From Nanobdellota archaeon (lineage in GTDB: Archaea > Nanobdellota > Nanobdellia > SCGC-AAA011-G17 > JAFCDX01), in contig JBFMDT010000004.1 in the NCBI GenBank assembly GCA_040753775.1, positions 1-56,592 on the forward strand: 56,592 nt of DNA, written 5' to 3'. The notes under the pieces are model-generated. The model was not told the origin of the DNA. It did no database searches and saw nothing but the letters and a program-made list of their open reading frames with translations. Made by a program: the position numbers and the translations under genes. Below, in pieces: positions 44,148 to 53,100 of this stretch. Each line of letters starts with the position of its first letter. Within the stretch, counting starts at the first letter, position 1.

Positions 44148-45493
44148 TTAAGATAGGAATTGAATGCCATGTACAGTTAAATACAAAAAGTAAGATATTT
44201 TGCAATTGCTCCACTAAAACTGCAGAAGAGCCAAATATAAATACTTGCGAGGTATGTCTTGGCCAGTCCGGAAGCAAGCCAAGATTGAATTTTGAAGCAT
44301 TAAAGCAGGCAATAAAAGTTGCTCTTGCTTTAAATTGTAAAATTGCAAAAGAGACGTTTTTCTCAAGAAAGGTTTACTTTTATCCCGATCTTCCAAAAAA
44401 CTTCCAAATAACCCAGCATGAATTACCTTTGGCAAGCGAAGGCAGTTTCAACAATATAAGAATAAGAAGGGTTCATATGGAAGAAGACCCTGGTAAATTA
44501 ATCCATGAGCCTAATTTTTGTTTGATAGATTATAATAGGTCTGGCATTCCTTTAATAGAAATTGTTACAGAGCCGGATTTCAAAAGCCAAGAGGAAGTAA
44601 GGGATTTCCTAAATAAATTAGTTACAACCCTTGAATACCTTGGTGTGTATTTCAGGGAAAGCGAGTCTTCTCTGAGAACAGATGCAAACATCTCCTTAAA
44701 CAATGGCGAAAGAGTTGAAATAAAAAATATAACAGGAGCAAAGGATACAGAAACAGCTTTAAGATATGAAATTGAAAGGCAGAAAAAGGAAAAGGCAGTA
44801 AGAGAAACTCGTGGTTGGGATGCAGAGCAGCAAATTACTTATTCCTTAAGGAAAAAAGAGACAGAAGAGGATTACGGATATATCACAGAGCCAAGCTTAA
44901 CTAAAATAGAAATTGACAAAGAGCTAATTGAAAAAATCAAAAAGGAAATCCCAGAATTAGCGCATGAAAAAATACAAAAATTCATCAAACAATACAAATT
45001 GGAAAAGGTTGATGCAGAGATTATAGCCTCGGACTTGTTGATGGCAGAATTATTTGAAAAAGTAGCTAAGCAAATTAATCCTATACTGGCCGCAAAATGG
45101 ATAAGAAGGGAATTGTTGAGGGTGCTAAATTATAATAAAAAGCAATTGCGTGAAACTGAAATAAAGGAAAGGCATTTAGTGGATTTATTGAATCTTATAG
45201 AGAATAAAAAAATAACTGAAAGAACAGGCCAGAGAATAATAGAAAAGCTAGTTGAAAAGCCATTTGATGTCAAGGAATACATCGAAAAAGAAGGGCTTAT
45301 TGCTGTTTCTGATAAAAATGAATTAACAAAATATTGTGAAGAAGCAATAAAAGAAAATGCAAAAGCTGTTGGGGATTATAAAAAAGGAGAGGAAAAGGCA
45401 TTAAATTTTGTTGTTGGAGCAGTGATGAAGAAAAGCAAAGGAAAGGCGACGCCAAAAGAAGTAAACGAAATTCTTAAAAAATTAATCAAATAA
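44144..45493 (+). CDS. gatB: Asp/Glu-tRNA amidotransferase subunit B
   Basis: IGIECHVQLNTKSKIFCNC, HMEEDPGK, NRSGIPLIEIVTEPD, and a YqeY-like tail. Confidence 0.9.
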   Translation: MIKIGIECHVQLNTKSKIFCNCSTKTAEEPNINTCEVCLGQSGSKPRLNFEALKQAIKVALALNCKIAKETFFSRKVYFYPDLPKNFQITQHELPLASEGSFNNIRIRRVHMEEDPGKLIHEPNFCLIDYNRSGIPLIEIVTEPDFKSQEEVRDFLNKLVTTLEYLGVYFRESESSLRTDANISLNNGERVEIKNITGAKDTETALRYEIERQKKEKAVRETRGWDAEQQITYSLRKKETEEDYGYITEPSLTKIEIDKELIEKIKKEIPELAHEKIQKFIKQYKLEKVDAEIIASDLLMAELFEKVAKQINPILAAKWIRRELLRVLNYNKKQLRETEIKERHLVDLLNLIENKKITERTGQRIIEKLVEKPFDVKEYIEKEGLIAVSDKNELTKYCEEAIKENAKAVGDYKKGEEKALNFVVGAVMKKSKGKATPKEVNEILKKLIK

Positions 45494-45555
45494 AGTAATA
45501 ATTATAAAGTAGTTACAAAAGAAAGTTTTATATACCTTTAAAACAAATATGTATC

Positions 45556-46260
45556 ATGACAACAAGAAGGGAGTTTTTAAAATATACACTTTTTTCCTTA
45601 GCTCTGCCACTACTTCCAAAAAATGCCTTAGCTTCTGATGAATCTGTATTAATAGGGGCGTCTAACAAGCTTATGGACCCCAATACAGCAACGGCCTTTA
45701 AAAACTTGCTCCAAAGTTATTGCTATAGTTCTGAAAATAAAATAACCTGCGAAATTGAATATGGAACAAATAAATCTAGAACAAATTTAGTAAACAAACT
45801 CTTACCAGAACTTAAACCTTTAATTGAAAATAAGGACAGAAATTATTTATCCACAATTTCAATGGAAGACAAAGTAATTGGTATAAAAATATATACCCCC
45901 TTTGAAAGAAATATCGTGCTATCTTTGCCAAAGGCATCTTTTTCTTCAGAAGAGAAAAAAGATATATTGCATATTGAAGATATCTTAAATGATTTATTTA
46001 GAGTTACCCCCAAAAATATGTTTAAGGAGGGAAAAGAATCTGATATAAATTGCATTTCTTCAGGAAAAAATTATGTCAAATGCATGCTCCAATATGAAAG
46101 TACAGGGAAAAGAGCCAAATTTATCAATGCATATGCCCCAAGAATAAATTTAGTAAAAAATAATTACTTTATAGAAATAGACAATTCCAAAAAATACAGA
46201 AGCCTGAAAATAAGGGTTACTAAAGGATTGAATATTACATTAGAAGCAAAAAACTATTAG
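45556..46260 (+). CDS. secreted hypothetical protein with twin-arginine-like signal and internal duplication
   Basis: MTTRREFLKYTLFSLALPLLPKNALA fits the (S/T)RRxFLK pattern. Two related halves each carry a C-x8/9-C element. Confidence 0.5.
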   Translation: MTTRREFLKYTLFSLALPLLPKNALASDESVLIGASNKLMDPNTATAFKNLLQSYCYSSENKITCEIEYGTNKSRTNLVNKLLPELKPLIENKDRNYLSTISMEDKVIGIKIYTPFERNIVLSLPKASFSSEEKKDILHIEDILNDLFRVTPKNMFKEGKESDINCISSGKNYVKCMLQYESTGKRAKFINAYAPRINLVKNNYFIEIDNSKKYRSLKIRVTKGLNITLEAKNY

Positions 46261-47375
46261 ATAATGCTGTAAACAATAGCCAATAAAAATACAATAACTA
46301 AAATAAAGCTCAAAAAGCCATTAACTGGTATGGAATATTCCGGCTTTCTTTCCCCAACAGCCTTAGCCCTGTAAGCCATCATTATAGCCAAAACTCCAAC
46401 TATGCCGCCGCTTACAGCACCAGTAACAGCAATAGTCCTTGTAAAACTTTTAATTCCAAATAAAAATAAAGCTAAAGGAACAAAACAGGTCAAAAACCAT
46501 GCCAAATTTTTGTTGAGCTTGTAATCATAAATATACATCTCCTTCAAAGCTAGCCCTAGCCCAAGAAATGCAGTTGCCATTGCAAAAACAGCAAACAAGT
46601 TCAGCAAAACATGTACCTTTTGGCCCAGTAAATTAGCTAATCCTACAGTTGCAACCTCTGTTGTTTCTTGTCCAGTCACCCCAACTATAACAAAAGCAAA
46701 CAACATATAAGCAAAGAATGCAATTAAACCGCCTATTATAAGCGCTCTTTTCAAATATCTCTCCTTCTTGGCTAACTCTTCTTTCATTTCAGGTATTGCT
46801 GCAGTTGCAAGGAATGCAAACAACACCACGCCAAAAGGTACAAAAATATTTGCAAGATTGAATCCAACTAAGTTTCCTGTGTTTACCTTGCCTGAAAAGA
46901 ATAAAGTAATGAAAATAATCAAAAATATGCTCAGCTTTATGATACCCATTACAAGCTCAGACTCTTTTATAGCCTTTAACCCATAATATACAAACAACGA
47001 CATTACACCAAAAAATACTATTGAATAAAATAAGGGGTTAAAAGTAAATATTGCATTTAGGGATTCTCCTTCTCCTATGATGTAAGCAAGCAATGCTCCA
47101 TATATTCCAAAAACCATAGAAACAGTCATCAATACCTTTCCTGTTTTTCCCAAGTAAATAGAAGCGTATCCTGTAAGCTGGTGATTTCCTTTTGTCCTTA
47201 AGGTAACCTCTCCAATATAGAGATTAATCAAAGTCATGGAAAATGCTATTATTATCAGAGTTAGTAAGCCTGTTAAAAATCCAGAATGGGCAAAAACATA
47301 GGGTATGCCAAAAATCCCTGCTCCAATCATAACCCCTAATAAAGTAGCAACTGCTTCGTATACACTTTTGTCCAT
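46257..47375 (-). CDS. amino acid permease (Trp/Tyr-permease or Aa_trans-like)
   Basis: About 11 TM helices. The N-terminal LLGVMIGAGIFGIPYVFAHSG motif is typical of this transporter class. Confidence 0.6.
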   Translation of the reverse strand: MDKSVYEAVATLLGVMIGAGIFGIPYVFAHSGFLTGLLTLIIIAFSMTLINLYIGEVTLRTKGNHQLTGYASIYLGKTGKVLMTVSMVFGIYGALLAYIIGEGESLNAIFTFNPLFYSIVFFGVMSLFVYYGLKAIKESELVMGIIKLSIFLIIFITLFFSGKVNTGNLVGFNLANIFVPFGVVLFAFLATAAIPEMKEELAKKERYLKRALIIGGLIAFFAYMLFAFVIVGVTGQETTEVATVGLANLLGQKVHVLLNLFAVFAMATAFLGLGLALKEMYIYDYKLNKNLAWFLTCFVPLALFLFGIKSFTRTIAVTGAVSGGIVGVLAIMMAYRAKAVGERKPEYSIPVNGFLSFILVIVFLLAIVYSII

Positions 47376-47407
47376 ATTCCATCACACTTCTTTATGCTTA
47401 TATACTT

Positions 47408-47989
47408 TTATATTAAATTAGCTAATCCTGCTATTATAATTATCCCAAAAAACTTGGCTATGTAGCTTATTATCAAAAATGATGCATCCCTTATTCTGGC
47501 TGTCCCTAATACAGCAATAGCCAATTCATCAGGCAAAGGAGAAGCAATTAATATCCCGCCAATTAATGGAGCAATCTTTCTCAGGAACTTAAAGACGCCC
47601 CTGTTGAATTTAGGATGGATATGCAACTCTTTTTCTATTTGCCTAATCTCTTTAGTAGCCCCATATTTGATAAATGTAAAGATTATATAATCGCTAAGCA
47701 AAGCCCCCAAAGACCCAATAAGTGCAACAAGGAATATACTATTAAAGTTTTTAGCAAGCAAATATAGTATGGATATTGCAGGTGCTGTAGTTAAGCCATA
47801 AGAAAAAAATATGCCGCTTAAGAATACACCAATATATCCTAAATTTCCTAGTTTATGTATAAAATCAAAAATAGCCTCCGATCTCAATATAACTATCGCA
47901 ACTATAATGCTTAGGATTATCAATGCAGTGTTTCTGTGCTTCCAGACGATATTTTCAATAATTAAGGCATCTTTATATAGTTTATTCAT
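47408..47989 (-). CDS. integral membrane protein, unknown function
   Basis: 5-6 predicted TM helices. No confident family motif. Confidence 0.45.
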   Translation of the reverse strand: MNKLYKDALIIENIVWKHRNTALIILSIIVAIVILRSEAIFDFIHKLGNLGYIGVFLSGIFFSYGLTTAPAISILYLLAKNFNSIFLVALIGSLGALLSDYIIFTFIKYGATKEIRQIEKELHIHPKFNRGVFKFLRKIAPLIGGILIASPLPDELAIAVLGTARIRDASFLIISYIAKFFGIIIIAGLANLI

Positions 47990-48010
47990 TAAACTTATTC
48001 AGCAAAGACT

Positions 48011-48020
48011 ATTTAAATAT
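48011..48020 (+). promoter_or_regulatory. TATA box (ATTTAAATAT) for tRNA-Arg
   Basis: Centred about 25 nt upstream of the tRNA 5' end at 48040. Confidence 0.5.
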
Positions 48021-48039
48021 ATTTTGTTGCCTATTAAAT

Positions 48040-48129
48040 GGGCCCGTAGTATAATCAGGATAGTACATTCCGCTTCGGTAGTTTTTTTGGAGATACGGAA
48101 GAATGTCGGTTCAAATCCGGCCGGGCTCG
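48040..48129 (+). tRNA. tRNA-Arg(TCG) with one 16-nt intron at 37/38 (48079-48094)
   Basis: GGGCCCG-TA-GTAT-AATCAGGATA-GTAC-A-TTCCG-CTTCGG[16 nt]A-CGGAA-GAAT-GTCGG-TTCAAAT-CCGGC-CGGGCTC-G. Confidence 0.8.
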
Positions 48130-48138
48130 TTGCATAAT

Positions 48139-48148
48139 CTTTATAAAC
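48139..48148 (+). promoter_or_regulatory. TATA box (CTTTATAAAC) for tRNA-Pro
   Basis: Centred about 28 nt upstream of the tRNA 5' end at 48172. Confidence 0.5.
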
Positions 48149-48171
48149 TAAAATTAAGTTTCTAGATTGAT

Positions 48172-48292
48172 GGGGGTATGGTCTAACTTGGTTATGATTC
48201 CACCCTTGGGATAGATACTAGAAAGGTGGCGATCCCGGTTCAAAGCTTACAAAGCTGATTCAGTTTTGTTTGTGAATCTCCGGGTACCCTCA
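48172..48292 (+). tRNA. tRNA-Pro(TGG) with two inferred introns (48211-48223 at 37/38; 48245-48278 in the T-loop)
   Basis: Acceptor GGGGGTA/TACCCTC, anticodon arm CCACC-CTTGGG[13 nt]A-GGTGG, T-arm CCCGG-TTCAAA[34 nt]T-CCGGG, A73. 74 nt mature. Confidence 0.7.
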
Positions 48293-48331
48293 TCCAAAAA
48301 CATTAATAAACACCTAAGATAACTAAATAAA

Positions 48332-49756
48332 ATGGCAAAAGAAGATGGAATTACTGTAAAAAAGAGCAAGGATTTCTCAGAATGGTATACTCAAGTTGTT
48401 GTTAAGGGGGACTTAGCAGATTACAGTTCAGTCAAGGGTTGCATGATAATAAAGCCTAATGGGTATAAGATATGGGAGAATATTCAAACATACTTTAACA
48501 CAATCTTAAGAAAATATAATGTAAAAAATGTTTATTTTCCATTGTTTATTCCTGAATCTTTTTTCAAAAAAGAAGCAGAGCATGCAAAAGGCTTCATCCC
48601 AGAAGTGGCATGGATAGCAAATACAGAAGACGGAGAGAGATTAGCAATAAGGCCAACATCAGAAACAGTTATGTATGATACCTTTTCAAAATGGATAAGG
48701 TCTTGGAGGGACTTGCCGTTCAAATTAAACCAGTGGTGCAATATTATTAGATGGGAAACAAAAGCAACTAAATTATTCTTAAGAACAAGGGAATTTTTAT
48801 GGCAAGAAGGTCATTGTGTTTATTCTACAAAAGAGGAGGCAGACAAAGAAACTTTGCTAATCCTAAAAGAATACCAGAAATTATGCCATGAATTATTAGC
48901 AATACCTGTTTTAGCAGGCAAGAAAACAGAAAAAGAAAAATTTGCAGGCGCTCTATACACAACATCGATAGAAGCCTTTACTCCAGAAAACAAAGCCTTG
49001 CAAATGGGAACTTCGCATAACCTTGGCCAGGATTTTGCAAAGAGCTTTAATATTTCCTACCTTGGCAAAGATGAAAAATTGCATACTCCTTGGCAGACTT
49101 CATGGGGTATTTCAACAAGGCTTATCGGAGCATTAGCAATGATGCATGGAGATGACAAGGGTTTAGTGCTCCCCCCAAAAATAGCCCCAATTCAGATCAT
49201 TATAATACCTATATTTTTTGGCAAAGAAAAAAAGAAAGTCCTTGAAGTTGCCAATAAAATAAAAGACTCCCTAAAAGAATTTACAGCTGAAATAGATAAC
49301 AGAGAAGAATACACGCCTGGCTGGAAGTTTAATGAATGGGAACTAAAAGGCATTCCATTAAGAATAGAAATTGGTCCTAAAGATATTTCTAAAAAACAGG
49401 TTATTTTAGTTAGAAGAGATACTGGAGAGAAGCAAGCTGTTAAAATAAAAGACATTAATAAAAAAATAAGTAAACTCCTTGAGGATATTCAGAAAAATCT
49501 TTTTAATAAAGCTAATAAATTCTTAAAGGAAAGCATTATAAAAGTAAAAACACGGGAAGAATTTTTAAAGGCAGTTAAAAATAAAAAATTAATAAAAGCA
49601 GATTTTTGTGGTAATATAAGTTGCGAGGATTCCATAAAAGACAAAACTAATGGTGTAAAAAGTATAAACATTCCATTTGACAGCAAGCCAAAAGGAACCT
49701 GTGTGCACTGCGGGAAAAAAGCCCTATATGAAGTATATTTTGCCAAATCCTATTAG
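48332..49756 (+). CDS. proS: prolyl-tRNA synthetase, archaeal/eukaryal type
   Basis: Class II motifs, a C-terminal zinc-binding domain (CGNISCED...CVHCGKKA), and a terminal Tyr (YFAKSY), characteristic of the archaeal-type enzyme. Confidence 0.9.
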   Translation: MAKEDGITVKKSKDFSEWYTQVVVKGDLADYSSVKGCMIIKPNGYKIWENIQTYFNTILRKYNVKNVYFPLFIPESFFKKEAEHAKGFIPEVAWIANTEDGERLAIRPTSETVMYDTFSKWIRSWRDLPFKLNQWCNIIRWETKATKLFLRTREFLWQEGHCVYSTKEEADKETLLILKEYQKLCHELLAIPVLAGKKTEKEKFAGALYTTSIEAFTPENKALQMGTSHNLGQDFAKSFNISYLGKDEKLHTPWQTSWGISTRLIGALAMMHGDDKGLVLPPKIAPIQIIIIPIFFGKEKKKVLEVANKIKDSLKEFTAEIDNREEYTPGWKFNEWELKGIPLRIEIGPKDISKKQVILVRRDTGEKQAVKIKDINKKISKLLEDIQKNLFNKANKFLKESIIKVKTREEFLKAVKNKKLIKADFCGNISCEDSIKDKTNGVKSINIPFDSKPKGTCVHCGKKALYEVYFAKSY

Positions 49757-49809
49757 TAAAATTTATATACTACTACACCTTATTTACACAATAAAGCTTG
49801 GGGGTGAAA

Positions 49810-50055
49810 ATGGTAAAAAAGCTTGTTGGAAAAATAGTTCATTTCTATCCAAACATTAGCGTTGGGGTTGTTGAGCTAAGTTCTGGATTAAAGAGCGGAG
49901 ACAAAATTGCAATAGAAGGAAAAAATAACTTTGAGCAGACAGTAACATCAATGCAAATAGAGCATAAGGCAATAAAGGAAGCCAAGGCAAAGCAGACAAT
50001 CGGATTAAGATTAGACAGCGTAGCAAAACAAGGTGACTTAGTATACAAACTCTAA
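49810..50055 (+). CDS. small beta-barrel protein (EF-Tu domain 2-like)
   Basis: VGKIVHFYPNISVGVVELSSGLKSGDKIAIEG...IGLRLDSVAKQGDLVYK resembles translation-factor domain II-like single-domain proteins. The ATG at 49810 is preceded by GGGGTGAAA. Confidence 0.5.
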   Translation: MVKKLVGKIVHFYPNISVGVVELSSGLKSGDKIAIEGKNNFEQTVTSMQIEHKAIKEAKAKQTIGLRLDSVAKQGDLVYKL

Positions 50056-50057
50056 TC

Positions 50058-52004
50058 TTATATTAAATTTCTAAACATATCTATTATTTTTATATACCAT
50101 GGAGCATTAATCAGATTAACATAGAATTCATCCTCTCTCCTATATTCAATTCCATTCTCATCCTTATAAGTTATTGCAATCTTATTCCTGGTATAAAGCC
50201 CCCCACTCTTAAGTATAAGGGTAATCCTCTCGCTATCTTCAAGTTTATCTACTGTAAACATTGTTTTCTTGTTGAGCTTTCCTCTAACATCAACAACAGG
50301 CGCGTCTATGTTCAAGACAAAAGAAACATTTGTATCATTTCTGTAAGACACAACATTGGGGTAATTTATTCCGGAAATCCTCAGATTTGGGCTGTCGAGC
50401 ATGTTTACATTTACGTATCTATTCAGGTCTATGCTGTCACCCCTTGCACTGATAACAAAGAGGGTGCGGTTTTCTGGTGAAACAACAAATTTTACATTTC
50501 TTACTCCAGTTACTCCAAGCTCGAGCTCGCTGCAGCTTTCCCCCAAGCATATTTTTAGGTTGTTTATTTTATTGCCCATTATGTTTTTCAAATAGCAGTT
50601 GATAGTAAGCTCTTTTTCATAACTGTAATAATAATTTCTTCCAGAATAGCAGTCCATCACCAAATTTTTTGAATAAGTTTTTTCCTCTTTCTCAGTATTC
50701 TGTTCTATAATAGCATTAGCCTCCTCTTCGCTTATCACCTTATTTCCTTTTGTGTACTTTATTTTAGCTGAGTCTATGCCCCCAAATAAATCAGCAACCT
50801 CAAATATGGATGAGTAAATATACCCCCTTTCAAGTTTATCACTTATCTTTACCTTCCAAAACATGCTTTTTTGTTGTTTTGGTTTTAATAGTAAGGATTT
50901 GGAGTTTTTTTCAGTCAAGTTTGGAGGAGCCTTTACAACATTTAGGGTGACAGGAAGGTAAAATGGCTGTAAATTCTCAACAACAACCTTTACAGGAACA
51001 TAGCTCCCTTCTCCAACTTCATTTGCAAGAGGAATTACCTTGAGCCTTACCAATGGGCTTATTGTTTCTCCCTTTGAGTTTAAGCTGGCATTTATCTTTA
51101 TTTCACCAACATTTACATCAACATTACTGCCTCTCCAGGTATATTTTATTGATGCCTCTCCAGAATCCAAGCTTTCAGCCAACTTAATATGCCCTGGGTC
51201 TATCCAACCATACTGCCCATAAGTTACATCAAAAGGAACCCAGCCATAACCTGGAAAATAAACCTCTGCCCAGCCGTGATTGCCAAAATTGTACATGGTG
51301 TTTGTATAGGCGCTTCCTGAAATAAATCTTGCAGGAACTCCAACGCTTCTTAACATAGAGATAAACAAGCCGCTTAATTCATCGCAAACACCCTGCTTAT
51401 TTTCAAGAACCCATGAAGACTTTTCTGTTACCTCTGCCGTTAGCGTACTTAGGTTATATTTTATATTATTCCTTGTCCAATCTGCGAGCTTGAACACAAC
51501 TACATATAAGTCATCCTCGTTTTCTATAATTTCATTAGCCTGCTTTGTTATCTCCGCGGTTATATCTATGTATTCGCCCGGTTTTATATAAGGCAGAAGC
51601 TCCTTATCAATATCTAATGGAAATTTTATCTTTTCTTTCACAGGGATAATTACATTCTTTGTCTTTACGTATGTAGAGTACCCATATTCTTCATTGTTAA
51701 CTACTGTATTCCACAAGTAAGTTACAATATTTTTCCCTATATCAATCCTTGCATCCTTCCCATATGTGTAAATATCAATAAGCTCCTGTTGCTTTTCAGT
51801 TATAGGGTAAAGCATAACATCGGCTGACAGGTAATCCAGTTCAGAATCTAAATAACTAATAACATTTACCTCTGAAGACAGATTAAGATTAACCTTAAGC
51901 CAAGCATATTTATTGTAATCTTCCTCTTGTGCTGCGGTTATATTTAAAATTAAAAAAACCAATGCAAAAAATAAAACAATCTTCTTATACAATCTTATCA
52001 CCAT
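50058..52004 (-). CDS. secreted or membrane-anchored transglutaminase-like protein
   Basis: Signal/anchor (IVLFFALVFLILNITAA). Transglutaminase core QGVCDELSGLF...GNHGWAEVYFPGYGWVPFDVT (Cys-His-Asp). Confidence 0.75.
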   Translation of the reverse strand: MVIRLYKKIVLFFALVFLILNITAAQEEDYNKYAWLKVNLNLSSEVNVISYLDSELDYLSADVMLYPITEKQQELIDIYTYGKDARIDIGKNIVTYLWNTVVNNEEYGYSTYVKTKNVIIPVKEKIKFPLDIDKELLPYIKPGEYIDITAEITKQANEIIENEDDLYVVVFKLADWTRNNIKYNLSTLTAEVTEKSSWVLENKQGVCDELSGLFISMLRSVGVPARFISGSAYTNTMYNFGNHGWAEVYFPGYGWVPFDVTYGQYGWIDPGHIKLAESLDSGEASIKYTWRGSNVDVNVGEIKINASLNSKGETISPLVRLKVIPLANEVGEGSYVPVKVVVENLQPFYLPVTLNVVKAPPNLTEKNSKSLLLKPKQQKSMFWKVKISDKLERGYIYSSIFEVADLFGGIDSAKIKYTKGNKVISEEEANAIIEQNTEKEEKTYSKNLVMDCYSGRNYYYSYEKELTINCYLKNIMGNKINNLKICLGESCSELELGVTGVRNVKFVVSPENRTLFVISARGDSIDLNRYVNVNMLDSPNLRISGINYPNVVSYRNDTNVSFVLNIDAPVVDVRGKLNKKTMFTVDKLEDSERITLILKSGGLYTRNKIAITYKDENGIEYRREDEFYVNLINAPWYIKIIDMFRNLI

Positions 52005-53034
52005 TTTTAATCAGCATTTTAATCCTGTTTATGAATAATTCAAGATCGCTTTCAGCTATATATGCGCCGCAGGCATGTTCATGTCCGCCCCCATATCCAT
52101 CCAAGCCGCTTACTGCCTCTTCCACTATACCAAGCAGATTATGTTTATTGCTTCTTATACTCAGCCTAACTCTGTTATTTTTGATCCTTCCGGCAATTAT
52201 CATCTTGCTAGGAAATCTGTAAATTAATTCGTTGCTTAATTCTCCTGTAAAGCTCATTTTTTTATCCAAATAAACATAACTTAGTACTTCTTCTTTTGTT
52301 TTGTGTTTTAAAGCATCATCAAGCAATAATTTATATTCCTTGTATATCTCCTTAAACCTTTCAAAAATTAACTTTCCATTTTCCGTGCTTTGTTCAAGGA
52401 TTTCTCTTGGGTCTTCTATTTTTTCTAATAAGCTGATGTACTTCCTGACATCTTTATTCCTTCCCTTTAGCATAAATGAGTATATTCTTGCTAGCATCCC
52501 TAGCTTGGTTTTAAATAAAATTTTTCCTGGATCTTTAGTATTTCCAACAAGCCCGTATTTTTTTTCAACGCTCTTAAAAATGTTGGAATACTGAAAATCC
52601 CCTATTACTCCTATGGCAGCAACCCATAATCCTTTTTTTGCTGTTTTATAACACAGGTAAGATACTGATGTGTTGTCTGAAATATCCCTTATCCTTGGAT
52701 TGTAATATTGTACATTTTTTCTTTTCAGAGGCAAATGATGGTCTATCCATATAACTCTTGCATTTATCTTGTCTATAAACTCCTGTGCAACAATTGGCTT
52801 GTCAAGTATAACAACTAAATCAGGATTAATTTCTTTTATTTTATTGATGTAAATCTCCTCTTTCAATATAGGAGAACTCTTGGCTGCTATGCCATAAGAG
52901 CATTTCATTACCTTTTTTAATGTAAGGTAGCTGCATAGCCCATCAGCATCCCCATCAAAAATAACAACAATATTTTTTGCCTTTTTTATAGAACTTCTTA
53001 TTTCTTTCAGTTCGGTTTCTGTAAGCATAATCAA
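51985..53034 (-). CDS. DHH/DHHA1-family phosphoesterase (RecJ/GAN-like)
   Basis: Motifs FDGDADG, IDHH, and GGGHEHACGA in canonical order. Confidence 0.75.
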   Translation of the reverse strand: MIMLTETELKEIRSSIKKAKNIVVIFDGDADGLCSYLTLKKVMKCSYGIAAKSSPILKEEIYINKIKEINPDLVVILDKPIVAQEFIDKINARVIWIDHHLPLKRKNVQYYNPRIRDISDNTSVSYLCYKTAKKGLWVAAIGVIGDFQYSNIFKSVEKKYGLVGNTKDPGKILFKTKLGMLARIYSFMLKGRNKDVRKYISLLEKIEDPREILEQSTENGKLIFERFKEIYKEYKLLLDDALKHKTKEEVLSYVYLDKKMSFTGELSNELIYRFPSKMIIAGRIKNNRVRLSIRSNKHNLLGIVEEAVSGLDGYGGGHEHACGAYIAESDLELFINRIKMLIKNGDKIV

Positions 53035-53100
53035 AAAAAGTTTACTTTCTTTATAAACCTATTTGTCAAAAGAAAAATTAATAAAAGACAAATTAATCCA

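Noticed and set aside
47811-48137. Track ORF 47811-48137 (+), 108 aa
   Set aside because: It is antisense to the 47408-47989 membrane-protein gene and runs through tRNA-Arg (48040-48129). It is a spurious open frame.
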